Origin: an uncultured Bacillaceae bacterium
GTDB taxonomy: Bacteria > Bacillota > Bacilli > Bacillales > Cytobacillaceae
Direction: 5' to 3'
Length of the DNA: 64,000 nucleotides
NCBI GenBank assembly: GCA_963765265.1
Contig: CAVXVN010000013.1
Span: 33,676-97,675, forward strand
The notes under the pieces were generated by a model. The model saw only the letters and a list, made by a program, of their open reading frames with translations, was not told where the DNA came from and made no database searches. Each line of letters opens with the position of its first letter. Within the stretch, counting starts at the first letter, position 1. The translations under genes were made by a program, and so were the position numbers. Below are positions 41,570-51,921 of this stretch, one piece after another.

Positions 41570-42471
41570 GCAAGGGAACGGAATGGAGATCGTATTTTTA
41601 TTACACCATTAGCTAGAAAAATGGTAAGAGAACATCAATTGGATATTGAGACAATTGAAGGAACAGGCGGAAATGGACGCATTACGAAATGGGATATCGA
41701 GCGTGCGTTACAAGAGGGAACGGCTGCAGCGAGGGTCGAATGTCAAGTAGAGACACAGCCGGCTCCATCTGTTAACGATGAATCGATTGGTGCTGGTCTT
41801 CGTCCGATGAGAAGAGCAATTGCGCGAAATATGCGTAAAAGCTTAGGTCAAACCGCACAATTAACCTTACATCGAAAAGTCAATGCGGATGCCTTAATCA
41901 ATTTTCAAAAGGTACTGAGAAAGCAAGCTGAGTCAGCAGAATTGGATGTTAAGCTGACAATCACCGTATTGGTGGCACGTGCAACGGTTCTCGCGTTACA
42001 AGAGCTGAAGAAAATGGATTCTCACTATGCGGACGGCAAATTAACCGAATTTGATGAGGTCCACGTATTGCCACTTCCTTAGACGACGGCTTAGTCGTCC
42101 CGGTTGTCAAGGATGCTCATCAAAAAACAATCGGCACACTTGCGAAAGAAATCAAGGACGTCTCTACAAAAGCAGGAAACGGTGAAGCCAATGAAGATTT
42201 ACTAACAGTCTCCACATTTACCATCACCAACCTTGGGGCAAGCGGCATTGAATACTTTACACCAATTTTAAACACACCTGAAACAGGAATCCTAGGCATA
42301 GGTGCGTTCCAAGAGGAATTAGCGTTAGACGAACAAGGTCAAATCAAATCTATTAAAAAAGTCCCACTCAGCATCACCTTCGACCACCAAATCATCGACG
42401 GCGCCACAGCAGCAGAACTCCTAAGTGTATTAACCAAATATTTAGAAACACCATACTTGCTCGTACTCTAG
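41570..42471 (+). pseudogene. Dihydrolipoamide acyltransferase (E2, AcoC-like) remnant lacking the lipoyl domain, frameshifted near 42066
   Basis: RIFITPLARKM..GTGGNGRITK (E3-binding); second frame DDGLVVPV, TFTITNLG, FTPILN, LSITFDHQIIDG. Confidence 0.85.
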
Positions 42472-42474
42472 CGA

Positions 42475-42529
42475 AAAAAAGGCGACTAGGCACCATCCAA
42501 ATAATGGATGGTGCCTAGTCGCTTTTTTG
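42475..42529 (+). terminator. Strong GC hairpin (terminator or REP-like)
   Basis: GCGACTAGGCACCATCCA-AATAA-TGGATGGTGCCTAGTCGC + T run. Confidence 0.8.
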
Positions 42530-42610
42530 TTCTTTTGACTTGATTCTCGAAATTGAAACAGAAAAGACTATTCAACTATAGGTGTGTTAGTTGAATAAAT
42601 TCGCATTACT

Positions 42611-42663
42611 CTTGTATTACAAGGTATACTGATTTATACTGTGTATATACCTTGTAATACAAG
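42611..42663 (+). promoter_or_regulatory. sigmaA promoter overlapped by two palindromic operators (probable PadR autoregulation)
   Basis: TTGTAT 42612-N17-TATACT 42635; CTTGTATTACAAG 42611-42623 and CTTGTAATACAAG 42651-42663. Confidence 0.7.
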
Positions 42664-42686
42664 ATAATAAGAATGGTGGAAAACGA

Positions 42687-43016
42687 ATGTCGCAAACACA
42701 AATGATGAAGGGGATCTTAGATGGTTGTCTCTTGTCTATTATCAAAGGGAAAGAGTGTTATGGATATGAGATGGCAGAGCGTTTAAGTGAGTATGGTTTT
42801 GGTACTATCAGTGAAGGAACCATTTATCCATTATTGCTGAGAATGCAACGTGAAGGACTAGTCACTTCTGTTCGTAGAGATTCGATAGCTGGTCCAAAGA
42901 GAAAATATTATTCATTAACTAATGAAGGGCAGCAGGAACTAAACGATTTTCTAATTAGATGGAAACAACTTGAGAAAAGTGTAAACGCAGTTATCAAGAG
43001 AGAAATTAAAGAATGA
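42687..43016 (+). CDS. PadR-family transcriptional regulator
   Basis: KGILD, YGYE, SEGTIYPLLLR, GPKRKYYSLT. Confidence 0.93.
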   Translation: MSQTQMMKGILDGCLLSIIKGKECYGYEMAERLSEYGFGTISEGTIYPLLLRMQREGLVTSVRRDSIAGPKRKYYSLTNEGQQELNDFLIRWKQLEKSVNAVIKREIKE

Positions 43017-43017
43017 G

Positions 43018-43797
43018 GTGAAGAGAGTGGAACAACTGCAACTGTCTGATAAGAGTAGGAAATTTATCGATGATTTAATACTATACTTGTTTTCGAGTGG
43101 AAAAAATGAACAAGAGATTAAAGATATAACTGAAGAACTTGAGGTTCATCTATATGAAGCAGAATTAAATGGTAAATCAATTGATCGAATTATTGGAGTT
43201 TCGCCAAAGGAATATATGATGAGTATTTCGACCGAAATGAAGACGGATTATAAAGCATGGGCAAAATATATTTCACTCATTATTATCGGTGCAATGTCAT
43301 TTTCTGTGCTTGGAGATCTTCTACAAGGTACATTAAGATATAGTTTATTAAAAATTATAGGAACGCTTGTATATAGTATTATCTTCTTTGTAGGTGTGTT
43401 TACCGCATTTCGCTATATGGCTAGCAATCAAGTTTCTAAAATTAAAGAGTTTTTAATTTTATTGTTACCTATTTTTATTAGTACACTCTTTTTCGGGGGC
43501 ATAATAATTACGGATTCAATTTATAATACACCCATAGTTGACTTTGGTATTTTAGGAAGTATAATAATCGGATTACTTTTTCTTGGTTTTGTAGTTTTAT
43601 TTTCAATTTGGGCAAAAACGGCTATTCTGCCTGTCATTTTAATTGCACTTCACCTACCAACAATATTATTATCACTTACTTCTTTCAATGAAGGAACACA
43701 GTTAATTATAGGCTTCGTGATAACGTATTTATTGATTGGTTTATATTTACTTTATGTAGTGAAAAAAGAAAAAAGGAAAATTAAGATAATAGAATAG
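43018..43797 (+). CDS. PadR-associated membrane protein (HAAS/DUF1129-like N-terminus)
   Basis: ELEVHLYEAE..GKSI..IIG.SPKEY followed by about 6 TM segments. Confidence 0.75.
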   Translation: MKRVEQLQLSDKSRKFIDDLILYLFSSGKNEQEIKDITEELEVHLYEAELNGKSIDRIIGVSPKEYMMSISTEMKTDYKAWAKYISLIIIGAMSFSVLGDLLQGTLRYSLLKIIGTLVYSIIFFVGVFTAFRYMASNQVSKIKEFLILLLPIFISTLFFGGIIITDSIYNTPIVDFGILGSIIIGLLFLGFVVLFSIWAKTAILPVILIALHLPTILLSLTSFNEGTQLIIGFVITYLLIGLYLLYVVKKEKRKIKIIE

Positions 43798-43986
43798 ACA
43801 TCTTAACTAATACAACAAAATTGAAGGGAAAAACATTCTTGTACTGATTGAAAATTATGAAATTTTATAAGTTAAATAATTGGATTGTGCAGTATTATAC
43901 TTAAAGTAACGGGGGCAAGAGATTAACAGTTGCTTTTTGTTCTAAAGTAGCAGTTTTATTGAAGAAATTATGTTTAGTTATTAGAA

Positions 43987-44220
43987 ATGAAGAAGCAAGA
44001 AAGGAAAGAGCTTTCTTTGAAAAAAGTAAAAATCCATCCATTAATAATATTTGCTTTAATAATGAGTTCCATCTCAATGGCACTATATGCTTATCGAAAC
44101 TATACAAGTCAAGAAATTGGCTATGGGATAGTATTTACAATATTATGTATCTTTCTATTCGAAATAGTAATTCATAGTATTATAAGAAATAGAAAGATTA
44201 ACAATGAAAAGACCAAGTGA
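43987..44220 (+). CDS. Small two-TM hypothetical protein
   Basis: Two hydrophobic helices; lies between two repeats; start uncertain. Confidence 0.55.
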   Translation: MKKQERKELSLKKVKIHPLIIFALIMSSISMALYAYRNYTSQEIGYGIVFTILCIFLFEIVIHSIIRNRKINNEKTK

Positions 44221-44356
44221 ATTCTGTTTTATTGAACTAAAGGGTGCGTTTCTACAATAAGTGGAGACGCTTTTTCACTAAAGGGCAGGTTAATGAAAGA
44301 AAAGTATGCTCCCAATATAAGGTAAAATATAGTAACGTTGATTTAGGGGTGCATGT

Positions 44357-44554
44357 GTGAAAACTATTAGAAAATACTTATATATTATTTATTTTGTTAT
44401 ATTGTATATCGGGCTAATTGCTTTTGAATACTTTAACAATCGTGATCTCAATTGGTTTGAGAATTTAATTCAATCCATTTTTTATGTTTTGTTCCTTATG
44501 TTTTTTAATTGGGCATTAAATGGTAAAGATAATAAGAATGAAAAAAAGACATGA
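44357..44554 (+). CDS. Small two-TM hypothetical protein
   Basis: RBS AGGGGTG; two hydrophobic helices. Confidence 0.65.
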   Translation: MKTIRKYLYIIYFVILYIGLIAFEYFNNRDLNWFENLIQSIFYVLFLMFFNWALNGKDNKNEKKT

Positions 44555-44869
44555 ACTTTTAAAATACAAAAATAAACAATCTTCAACTACCATGAAAATA
44601 AACTTCAGTAACTTTTGGAAAAAGGCAATACTAAAGAAGATGCAGCTTATTTATTTTTTAAAAAGAGGAGAGCGCCTAATTAATTGGTTGTATCGAAGAA
44701 AAATTGACTGGATTAAGATGCTTCAGTTTCTTTTAATTTAACTGTGTATCCTAAACTTTCAAGCCTTTGTAGGGAATGTCGAACATTTGATTGCTCTTTT
44801 TGCTTATCAAAGTAGTATTCTCTTAAGTATACATACATTTCTTCCCGAGTTAAGAGATAATAGGAGATG

Positions 44870-45095
44870 CGTAACATGGCATGAGCGACGACAATTCCTG
44901 CTCGTTTCTTATCTTTTCCTGATGCTGTACGCCTATACAGTGCACCGTGGTCGTTGGAGTCAGACTAACGGATGGGCTCAAACGCACTATAGTTCATCGG
45001 CCTTCCTCTCCCAGCCGTATAATCAGTATTGACGGTTTTTCACCATTTTCATTCTCTGTGGTGAAGCGCTGATTTTGCGCTTCATGGATGGCTAA
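44870..45095 (+). pseudogene. Degenerate membrane-protein gene ending in the repeat
   Basis: Hydrophobic frame with internal TGA (45030-45032), then RFFTIFILCGEALILRFMDG* whose TAA is the repeat core. Confidence 0.35.
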
Positions 45096-45225
45096 TGGGT
45101 AGCATTACTTGAATAACGGTAATGCTCCTTTCTTCTTCAAGTAAAGAAGCAGGATTGTTGAACAAGAACAGGTTTACAATACATGAGTTAAACTTTTAAT
45201 TTCTAATAGAAAGTAGGTTGATATA

Positions 45226-45684
45226 ATGAGTAACGATTCTATTATTCAAATGTGGGAGGGCTATCGGGAAATTGACCCTAATGTACCTAAAGAGTATGTA
45301 GCTTGGGCATTTGGAGATTCAAAGGAAATGGCTGATGAGCTTGCAAAGTTAGTGTTAGAAGGAAAAAAGACAGCAACGGCATCAAATTATACTTTATATG
45401 AACTGGAAAAAGAGGAATTACCGTTTCCTGGTCTTATCAATATTATTCTTGATGGTGATGGAAAAGCGGTTGCAATAGCAGAGACTACATCAGTAGAAGT
45501 GGTGCCTTTTGATGAAGTTACCCAAGAACACGCATATCTGGAAGGTGAAGGTGACTGTACATTAAATTATTGGCGCGACGTTCATGAAACCTTCTTTAAA
45601 AAAGAATTTGAAAATATGAGCAAAGTTTTTGATGATAAAATTCCTGTTGTTTGTGAAAGGTTTAGGCTATTGTATAAAAAATAA
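45226..45684 (+). CDS. ASCH-domain protein
   Basis: WAFG..MADELAKLVLEGKKTATAS, HAYLEGEGD, W...H. Confidence 0.9.
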   Translation: MSNDSIIQMWEGYREIDPNVPKEYVAWAFGDSKEMADELAKLVLEGKKTATASNYTLYELEKEELPFPGLINIILDGDGKAVAIAETTSVEVVPFDEVTQEHAYLEGEGDCTLNYWRDVHETFFKKEFENMSKVFDDKIPVVCERFRLLYKK

Positions 45685-45925
45685 AAGTGAGTTTGTCATT
45701 TTTATTAAGGGAGCGATTACTACATAAAGGGTATTAATTTTTCAGTGAGAGTAGAGGTCGGTTGAGTATGAAACAACTATATTTGTCATTAAACGAAGCA
45801 GGTTTAATGTTTAAAGTGCCTACAGAACAGAGAGTGGTTGAAAACCTTCTTTAACGGGGAGCATTACTGGAACAGCACAATGCTTTTTCCTTCTTCAAGT
45901 AAAGGTTAGTGTAAGTTGAAAGGAA

Positions 45926-46168
45926 GTGACATTATTGTTGAAAATTCTTCGTTATGTGTTATCAGTAATAACCTTTTTATTTGCTTCTTATGGACTAATT
46001 ACGAAAAGTTTTAAGTTTGGGGATATTATGATTTTTTTCTTAGGTCTAACTATGTTGGTTATGGGGATAGAAGAATTTCGAAATGAACGGAAAGTAATAG
46101 GTTGTTTTCTAATTGTTGCTTTTTTATATTCATTATTCGTATCAATTGAAGGGTACTTATTAAGCTAA
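45926..46168 (+). CDS. Small membrane protein (YczI/DUF3953-like)
   Basis: Three TM segments, LGLTMLVMGIEE; stop TAA lies inside the repeat core. Confidence 0.7.
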   Translation: MTLLLKILRYVLSVITFLFASYGLITKSFKFGDIMIFFLGLTMLVMGIEEFRNERKVIGCFLIVAFLYSLFVSIEGYLLS

Positions 46169-46528
46169 TGGGTAGCGATCGTTCAAAAAGAACAGTCGCT
46201 ACTTTTGCTAGTGGCAGGTTAGTTCAAAAACATAGCCAGTAAAATAGATGTTAAAATAAAACTATATTGATTGGAACATTTTTGAAACCTTTAGTAATTG
46301 TACCGTTTTTAAAATTTTGAAAAGGAGATGCAGAAATGATGGGGAGGCAAGTAAAGTTTGGTGAACAAGAACTAATGTTAAGCCTCACAGGTGCAGGATA
46401 ACACAAAAAGTTCAAAGTAATAAGTTCAATCGTTCTGTTTGATTTGAATTTGAATATGATTAAAGATACGTTATTACATTCTTTCCAGCGATCATATCAA
46501 GCGATTAAATAACGGGGGATAAATTCTT

Positions 46529-46807
46529 ATGGATAATGTATTAAAAGTATCATCAAAATCAAATCCGAATTCAGTTGCAGGTGCAATTGCAGGCGTATTA
46601 CGTGAAAGAGGAAATACAGAAATAGAAATTCAAGTGATTGGAGCTGGTGCTTTAAATCAAGCGATTAAAGCTATTGCCATTGCAAGAGGGTACATAGCTC
46701 CTAGCGGTGTTAATCTTGTTTTTGTTCCAGCATTTACTGATGTTTTAATCAATAATGAACATAGAACAGCAATCAAATTAATTGTAGGTCCTAGAAAAAC
46801 AAGATAG
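46529..46807 (+). CDS. spoVS: Stage V sporulation protein S paralog
   Basis: LKVSSKSNPNSVAGAIAG, IGAGALNQAIKAIAIARG, PAF..RTAIKLIV. Confidence 0.92.
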   Translation: MDNVLKVSSKSNPNSVAGAIAGVLRERGNTEIEIQVIGAGALNQAIKAIAIARGYIAPSGVNLVFVPAFTDVLINNEHRTAIKLIVGPRKTR

Positions 46808-47199
46808 ATTTTCGTTGAGAAGATCAATAAAAGAATTATTTAACAAACATTCGCCTGCCTAATGTTCTATTAGCCTGTTGTGCGATCGGGTTCTTTTAAT
46901 AATGCGAAAAAGCGACACCATTTGAGGTGCCGCTTAATTGCATTTATTCGGTTCATTGGCTTTAGCTTATATTGTAGAGCAAGGGTATGCTCCTTCCCTT
47001 ATTATTGATTAATTGTAAAAACTAAAGTCTTACCATCTTGAGAAATATAATTACCTTGGTGGAAACTTTTTACATATAACCTATTGAAGAGAGAACAGTT
47101 TAAGGCAGTTTTCTCTTGTTTTCTGTTAGAAAATCATACAGTATCATAGACTAGACATTATTAATGAATTTAGACATCTACAACGTTTTTCGGAGTTTC

Positions 47200-47675
47200 A
47201 AAGAATCTTTTTAAAATCTAGTGGATTACCATATCAAGCTGGAGAATTGATGAAACAGCCTGACTTAGCTTTAACTTTAGAAGGAATCGCAAATGTGGGA
47301 AGTTCATTCCTCTATCAAGGTGAACTGGCTAAATTAATATCTCGAGATCTACAAAATAATGGCGGTCTGTTAACCTATCAATATTTCATAAATCACCGTT
47401 CCGATTGGGTCGATCCGATTTCTGTCCGTTATCGGGGATATCAGGTCTATAATGTCCCACCAAATTCACAAGGCTTTGCTTCGCTTTCCATATTAAACAT
47501 TATAAATAACTTTGATCTGTCCTATATTGAAGAAGGCTCTGCTGACCACTATCACTTACTTACAGAGGCAATATTTATTGCCATTTTAACCTTATTGATA
47601 TTAGAAAAGTGGAAAGTGCATCCTGCATTTGTCATTGTCGGTGGATTGGTTTTTGGGGCGATCTTTTTAGTGTAA
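47200..47675 (+). pseudogene. Chimeric remnant: gamma-glutamyltransferase-family middle fused to chromate-transporter-like C-terminus
   Basis: QPDLALTL..NGGLLT..WVDPISVRYRGY..PPNSQG (GGT), then ILEKWKVHPAFVIVGGLVFGAIFL (ChrA-like tail). Confidence 0.65.
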
Positions 47676-47794
47676 AAGTACAGCTGCCCATAAGCATAAC
47701 GAAAAGCAAAAGATGTTAACCGCAAATGGTTAGCATCTTATTTTTGTGGCTCCCATATAAAAATAGTTTTTTGGGGGAAGTATGAAACATCGAT

Positions 47795-49546
47795 TTAAGG
47801 AAGTATTTTCAGAGGTGCTTCTATATCCAAATGACAAAACTTGCCTACGTGAAATAGTCCCTGGAGAGTTAATCTTAACTCCGGAATAACAGGGAGAACT
47901 AGGAAGGATAAAGTTAAAAATGGATTGAAGTCTCTACTAGCACCTAATTTAACTAGGGCAGTATCGAGTTTTTTAAGCTTTTGATAGACATCAGGATAGG
48001 GAAGCGGGGAAATAAGGCCGCCAATTGGTAAATCTAGTGATGCTAGAATCGCCCCATTCTGAACAACAATTAAACCTCCATGTCTTAGTTTTAATTCTGA
48101 AGCGGCTACTAGCATATCCTGATCATTATCACCGCAAACGATGAGGTTATGAGAGTCGTGAGCAATGGTTGTTGCAATCGCCCCGCTTTTTATACCAAGT
48201 CCTTTGACAATGCCTAAGCCAATTTGTCCAGTCATCTGATGTCTTTCGATTAAGGCTATTTTCAATTGATCTTTTTGGATAGAAGGTTGGAACATTCCTC
48301 TGCTATCTGTTTCGACTTCCTCGATAGCATGTCTTGTTACAAGGTTATTGGGAATAATTTCAATCATATTAGCCACCGTGCTTGAAAGGGGGATCTGTAA
48401 ATCGTTCTGACTTATAGGCTGAAACACAACCGTTTCACGTAATGATGAGTATTCTTTAGGTGAAGCACTTTTTAGGAGGCTGGATAATTGACCGTTCGAG
48501 ATCACGACGTTTCCATTTTTAATCACTTGCTGAATCCTCATTTCTGTTAGGTCGTCGATGATTAGAATATCTGCTTGGTAGCCTGGGGCGATGGCTCCTT
48601 TATGATAAAGACCAAAACATTCAGCTGCATTTAGCGTTGCCATTTGAATGGCAAGTATAGGATTGATGCCTAACTGAATGGCAAGCTTGATACTGTAGTC
48701 AATACTTCCTTCTTCCATTAAGTCGTCAAGATGCTTATCATCGGTGACAAATAAACAGCGGCGGGCATTGCGGTTGTTGACAACATGAATGATATTCTTC
48801 AAGTCTTTAGCAACCGTTCCTTCGCGAATCATTAAATACATGCCTTTTTGCAACCGATCTCTGGCTTCTTCGAGAGTGGTGCATTCATGATCTGTTCGTA
48901 TTCCTGCGGCCATATAGACATTTAAGTCATGAGCTGATAGCCCCGCAGCATGTCCATCGATTTTCTTTCCATGAATGGTTGTCGCTTTTATTTTCTTAAG
49001 CATTGAATCTTCTGCATGAAGTAGAGCGGGAAAATTCATCACTTCTGCCAGCCCAAGAACTCTAGGATGTATTAGTAATGGTGTTAGCTCCTCCGCATTT
49101 AGTTTTGCCCCAGCAACCTCAAAATCAGTGGCAGGAACACAAGATGGCAGCATAACAAAGACATCGATTAAAAGGTCTTCTGATTGCTCAAGCATATACT
49201 CAATTCCTTTTACCCCACAAACGTTTGCGATTTCATGTGGGTCTGAAATGACGGTGGTGACGCCGTGTCTAATCAGAACTTTTGCAAATTCTTCAGGGGT
49301 AACCATAGACGATTCAATATGAACATGTCCATCAATTAATCCGGGTGAAAGATAACCCCCCTTGGCATCTATTTCTTTTTTTCCCCTGAACAGGCCAATC
49401 CCTGCGATATAACCATCAACAATGGCGACATCCGCTTCAATAATATCTGAATTAAAAACATCGATAATTTTTCCGTTTTTGATGACGAGGTCTGCTGGCT
49501 CCTGACCTGAAGCAACAGCGATTCTCCTTGCTAAATTATTAACCAA
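47795..49546 (-). CDS. ade: Adenine deaminase
   Basis: IDGHVHIESS, DPHEIANV, GLAEVMNFP, DGHA, TDHE, TDD, AHDSHN; TTG start at 49546 after AAGGAGTGG. Confidence 0.93.
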   Translation of the reverse strand: MVNNLARRIAVASGQEPADLVIKNGKIIDVFNSDIIEADVAIVDGYIAGIGLFRGKKEIDAKGGYLSPGLIDGHVHIESSMVTPEEFAKVLIRHGVTTVISDPHEIANVCGVKGIEYMLEQSEDLLIDVFVMLPSCVPATDFEVAGAKLNAEELTPLLIHPRVLGLAEVMNFPALLHAEDSMLKKIKATTIHGKKIDGHAAGLSAHDLNVYMAAGIRTDHECTTLEEARDRLQKGMYLMIREGTVAKDLKNIIHVVNNRNARRCLFVTDDKHLDDLMEEGSIDYSIKLAIQLGINPILAIQMATLNAAECFGLYHKGAIAPGYQADILIIDDLTEMRIQQVIKNGNVVISNGQLSSLLKSASPKEYSSLRETVVFQPISQNDLQIPLSSTVANMIEIIPNNLVTRHAIEEVETDSRGMFQPSIQKDQLKIALIERHQMTGQIGLGIVKGLGIKSGAIATTIAHDSHNLIVCGDNDQDMLVAASELKLRHGGLIVVQNGAILASLDLPIGGLISPLPYPDVYQKLKKLDTALVKLGASRDFNPFLTLSFLVLPVIPELRLTLQGLFHVGKFCHLDIEAPLKILP

Positions 49547-49566
49547 CGTAACCACTCCTTTCTTTT

Positions 49567-50037
49567 TTAGTATGTGATCTTGTTGATGGAAGTTTCCCAT
49601 GCGTTAAAGGGTTCTTTTGCTACTGTTGGAGATAATTTGATCATTGGAATTTTCCTTTTTTCATGAGGGATATTTAGTTGTTCATAAATGAATTTGTCGT
49701 CAAACCCAATAGCTGCAGCATCTTCTTTTGTACAGGCATAATAAACAGCTTTCGGCCTCGCCCAGAATATGGCACCAAGACACATTGGACAAGGTTCACA
49801 GCTCGTATAGAGTTCACAGTCATCAAGTTGAAAGGTATTTAACCGTTGACATGCTTCCCGAATCGCTTGGATTTCGGCATGGGCAGTAGGGTCGTTTAGT
49901 CTAGTTACGTGATTTTGACCTACACCGACAATTTCTCCATTTTTTACGACGATCGCCCCAAAGGGTCCTCCTGTGTTTTCTTTAACATTGTCGAGTCCAA
50001 GTTGAATTGCCTTCATTATGAATTGCTGTTCCATCAT
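49567..50037 (-). CDS. guaD: Guanine deaminase (Zn cytidine-deaminase fold)
   Basis: GGPFGA, DPTAHAE, SCEPCPMC, GFDD. Confidence 0.9.
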   Translation of the reverse strand: MMEQQFIMKAIQLGLDNVKENTGGPFGAIVVKNGEIVGVGQNHVTRLNDPTAHAEIQAIREACQRLNTFQLDDCELYTSCEPCPMCLGAIFWARPKAVYYACTKEDAAAIGFDDKFIYEQLNIPHEKRKIPMIKLSPTVAKEPFNAWETSINKITY

Positions 50038-50178
50038 TCTTCTCCCCATTTCATAAGATCTCATTGTATTTGATTAAAAATTGAATAGGAATTCATCCAT
50101 CTGGCCATCTTTTCTAAAAAAAGACTAAAAAGGTATTGATAACATTCTATGTGCTTTTTATACTTTTTCCTACGGTTT

Positions 50179-50195
50179 TGTAAGGGAAATTTACA
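50179..50195. promoter_or_regulatory. TnrA/GlnR box
   Basis: TGTAAGGGAAATTTACA = TGTNA-N7-TNACA, upstream of guaD. Confidence 0.75.
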
Positions 50196-50340
50196 CATTT
50201 TTTTGTGGGGACTGGTCCATCTACCCGCCCAAGATGAGAGCGGGCGAGATAAGAACTTACCTCTGATATGATTTAGGATTAGTGAACGGAAAATTGGTGG
50301 TATCAAAGCTCGTTAGAACCAAAAATCGCATGACCGATAC

Positions 50341-50650
50341 TCTTGGGAAGGCTTTGATACGGGGTCAAAGATGATGGCTACGGGTGGTGGTACGACTTAC
50401 TTTGATATGCCGTTAAATGGAATTCCTTCAACGGTCAATACACATGCATTGTTCGAAAAAGTGGAGCATGGAAAGGCAAAAAGAAGATAACTTCTTTGCC
50501 AAACATAAACAAAGCATTTATATGGGCCATACTTTTCCATGTGCGATTAAGCTTACGATTAACAAGGGTTCAATCGTATATGAAAATGGAAAAATGGTTG
50601 ATGAGAATAGAAAAGGAAAATGGTTAAAACCGAGAAAGAATCAAATTTAA
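50341..50650 (+). pseudogene. Internally deleted allantoinase (PucH/AllB) remnant
   Basis: [30 protein letters not shown] joined to C-terminal KHKQSIYMGHTFPC..TINKG..VYENG. Confidence 0.78.
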
Positions 50651-50717
50651 ACGGCTTTATAATAGTAAAAAGAGTAAGACGAATACACCATCCTTTCTTT
50701 AGAATGATTAATAGTTA

Positions 50718-50734
50718 TGTAAGAGAATTTTACA
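50718..50734. promoter_or_regulatory. TnrA/GlnR box upstream of the xanthine dehydrogenase operon
   Basis: TGTAAGAGAATTTTACA = TGTNA-N7-TNACA. Confidence 0.75.
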
Positions 50735-50883
50735 CGAAAGTGGAATAGACTAATAAAATAAGTCATAATATTCGAAATAATCTATGAGCGGCACTTATTA
50801 GGAGTAAGGTGGTGCAGATGTATAGGGTATTCATCAAATGAATAAAACATGTCACAATCCCGAAATGAAAGAGGTGCAGATAT

Positions 50884-51921
50884 TTGGATAATATTCATCA
50901 GATCTTACAGGCGGCGCCCTCTGAAAATGATGTGTTAGCAACGGTGATCGATGTGGATGGCTCTGCTTATCGAAAAGAAGGCGCAACGATGTTAATCCAG
51001 GAACAAGGAAAACTTGTGGGAATGTTAAGCGGAGGTTGTTTAGAAGAAGATGTACGGTTGCGGGCAGAAGGAATGAAAAAAGGCCAATCGCAATCTTTTC
51101 TTTATAATATGAAAAACGAAAACGACTTAGATTGGGGGCAGGGAGCCGGATGTAACGGAGCTATTCGTGTTTTGTTAGAAAAAATAGATACATCCTATTG
51201 GCTCCATCTTCAAAAAATCCACGAATACCTATTAAAAGGCAAATCCGTTTTAGCAGTAAAAAGGCTTTCGCCAGAATATTCGGTCTCAGAATATGTATAT
51301 ATGGTGGATGAAGACAGTTGCTGGGGGATATGGGAGGATGATTTTTTAAAAACTGTGTTGATGGAAAAGGAGAAATACGATCAATCCACCACCAGCGGAA
51401 TTCGTTACGTAGAGGAACTTTCCTGCGATTGCTTTTTTCATTGGTTTCATCCGAGACCGCGCCTTTTGATCGTTGGAGCTGGTCCGGGCGCCATTCCACT
51501 CTGCCATTTTGCCAGCAAAACAGGATTTACAGTGACGATAACAGATTGGCGGCCAGCGCTGTGCAATAAAGAAACATTTCCTCATGCCGATGTGTTATTG
51601 ACGGGCTTTCCTGCTGAAATATTCCCGGAATTAGAGTTTTATCCTCATGATTTTGTCGTAGTGATGACCCATCACTTTCAACGCGATAAAGAAGTGTTGC
51701 ATTATTTGCTGGATAAGCCATTTCGTTACATTGGCATGATCGGATCGAAGGAAAGGACTCGCAGATTATTGGACGGAAAAGAGCTTCCGCCGAATATACA
51801 CACACCGATTGGATTAGCGATTGGTGCGGAGGGTCCAGAGGAAATCGCGATTAGTATTATGGCAGAACTGATTCAGTTAAATCGCACGCTAGTTCAAACG
51901 AAAATAGAGGCTGTGATATGA
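50884..51921 (+). CDS. pucA: XdhC/CoxI molybdoenzyme maturation factor
   Basis: GSAYRKEGA, SGGCLE, GCNG, VMTH, YIGMIGS, PIGLAIGAEGPEEIA. Confidence 0.88.
   Translation: MDNIHQILQAAPSENDVLATVIDVDGSAYRKEGATMLIQEQGKLVGMLSGGCLEEDVRLRAEGMKKGQSQSFLYNMKNENDLDWGQGAGCNGAIRVLLEKIDTSYWLHLQKIHEYLLKGKSVLAVKRLSPEYSVSEYVYMVDEDSCWGIWEDDFLKTVLMEKEKYDQSTTSGIRYVEELSCDCFFHWFHPRPRLLIVGAGPGAIPLCHFASKTGFTVTITDWRPALCNKETFPHADVLLTGFPAEIFPELEFYPHDFVVVMTHHFQRDKEVLHYLLDKPFRYIGMIGSKERTRRLLDGKELPPNIHTPIGLAIGAEGPEEIAISIMAELIQLNRTLVQTKIEAVI

Larger units (their letters stand above)
42569..46228 (+). repeat. Family of structured intergenic repeats punctuating a small-gene array (42569-42597, 43900-43966, 44232-44300, 45091-45166, about 45703-45800, 45851-45921, 46160-46228; half-sites about 43802 and 44580)
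   Basis: Shared TAAHGGGK(A)GC-hairpin-GCT/T-run-STAAAG..GCAGG/TTAGTTGAA architecture. Confidence 0.75.

Noticed and set aside
43959-44741. ORFs 43959-44177 and 44520-44741 as genes
   Set aside because: They overlap better membrane-protein ORFs or repeat half-sites and lack an RBS
45030-45032. Selenocysteine read-through of the TGA in the decayed ORF
   Set aside because: No redox motif context, recognisable SECIS or credible start; simple decay is more likely
43900-46228. Repeats as a CRISPR array
   Set aside because: Copies are degenerate, the intervals are gene-sized and variable, and there are no cas genes
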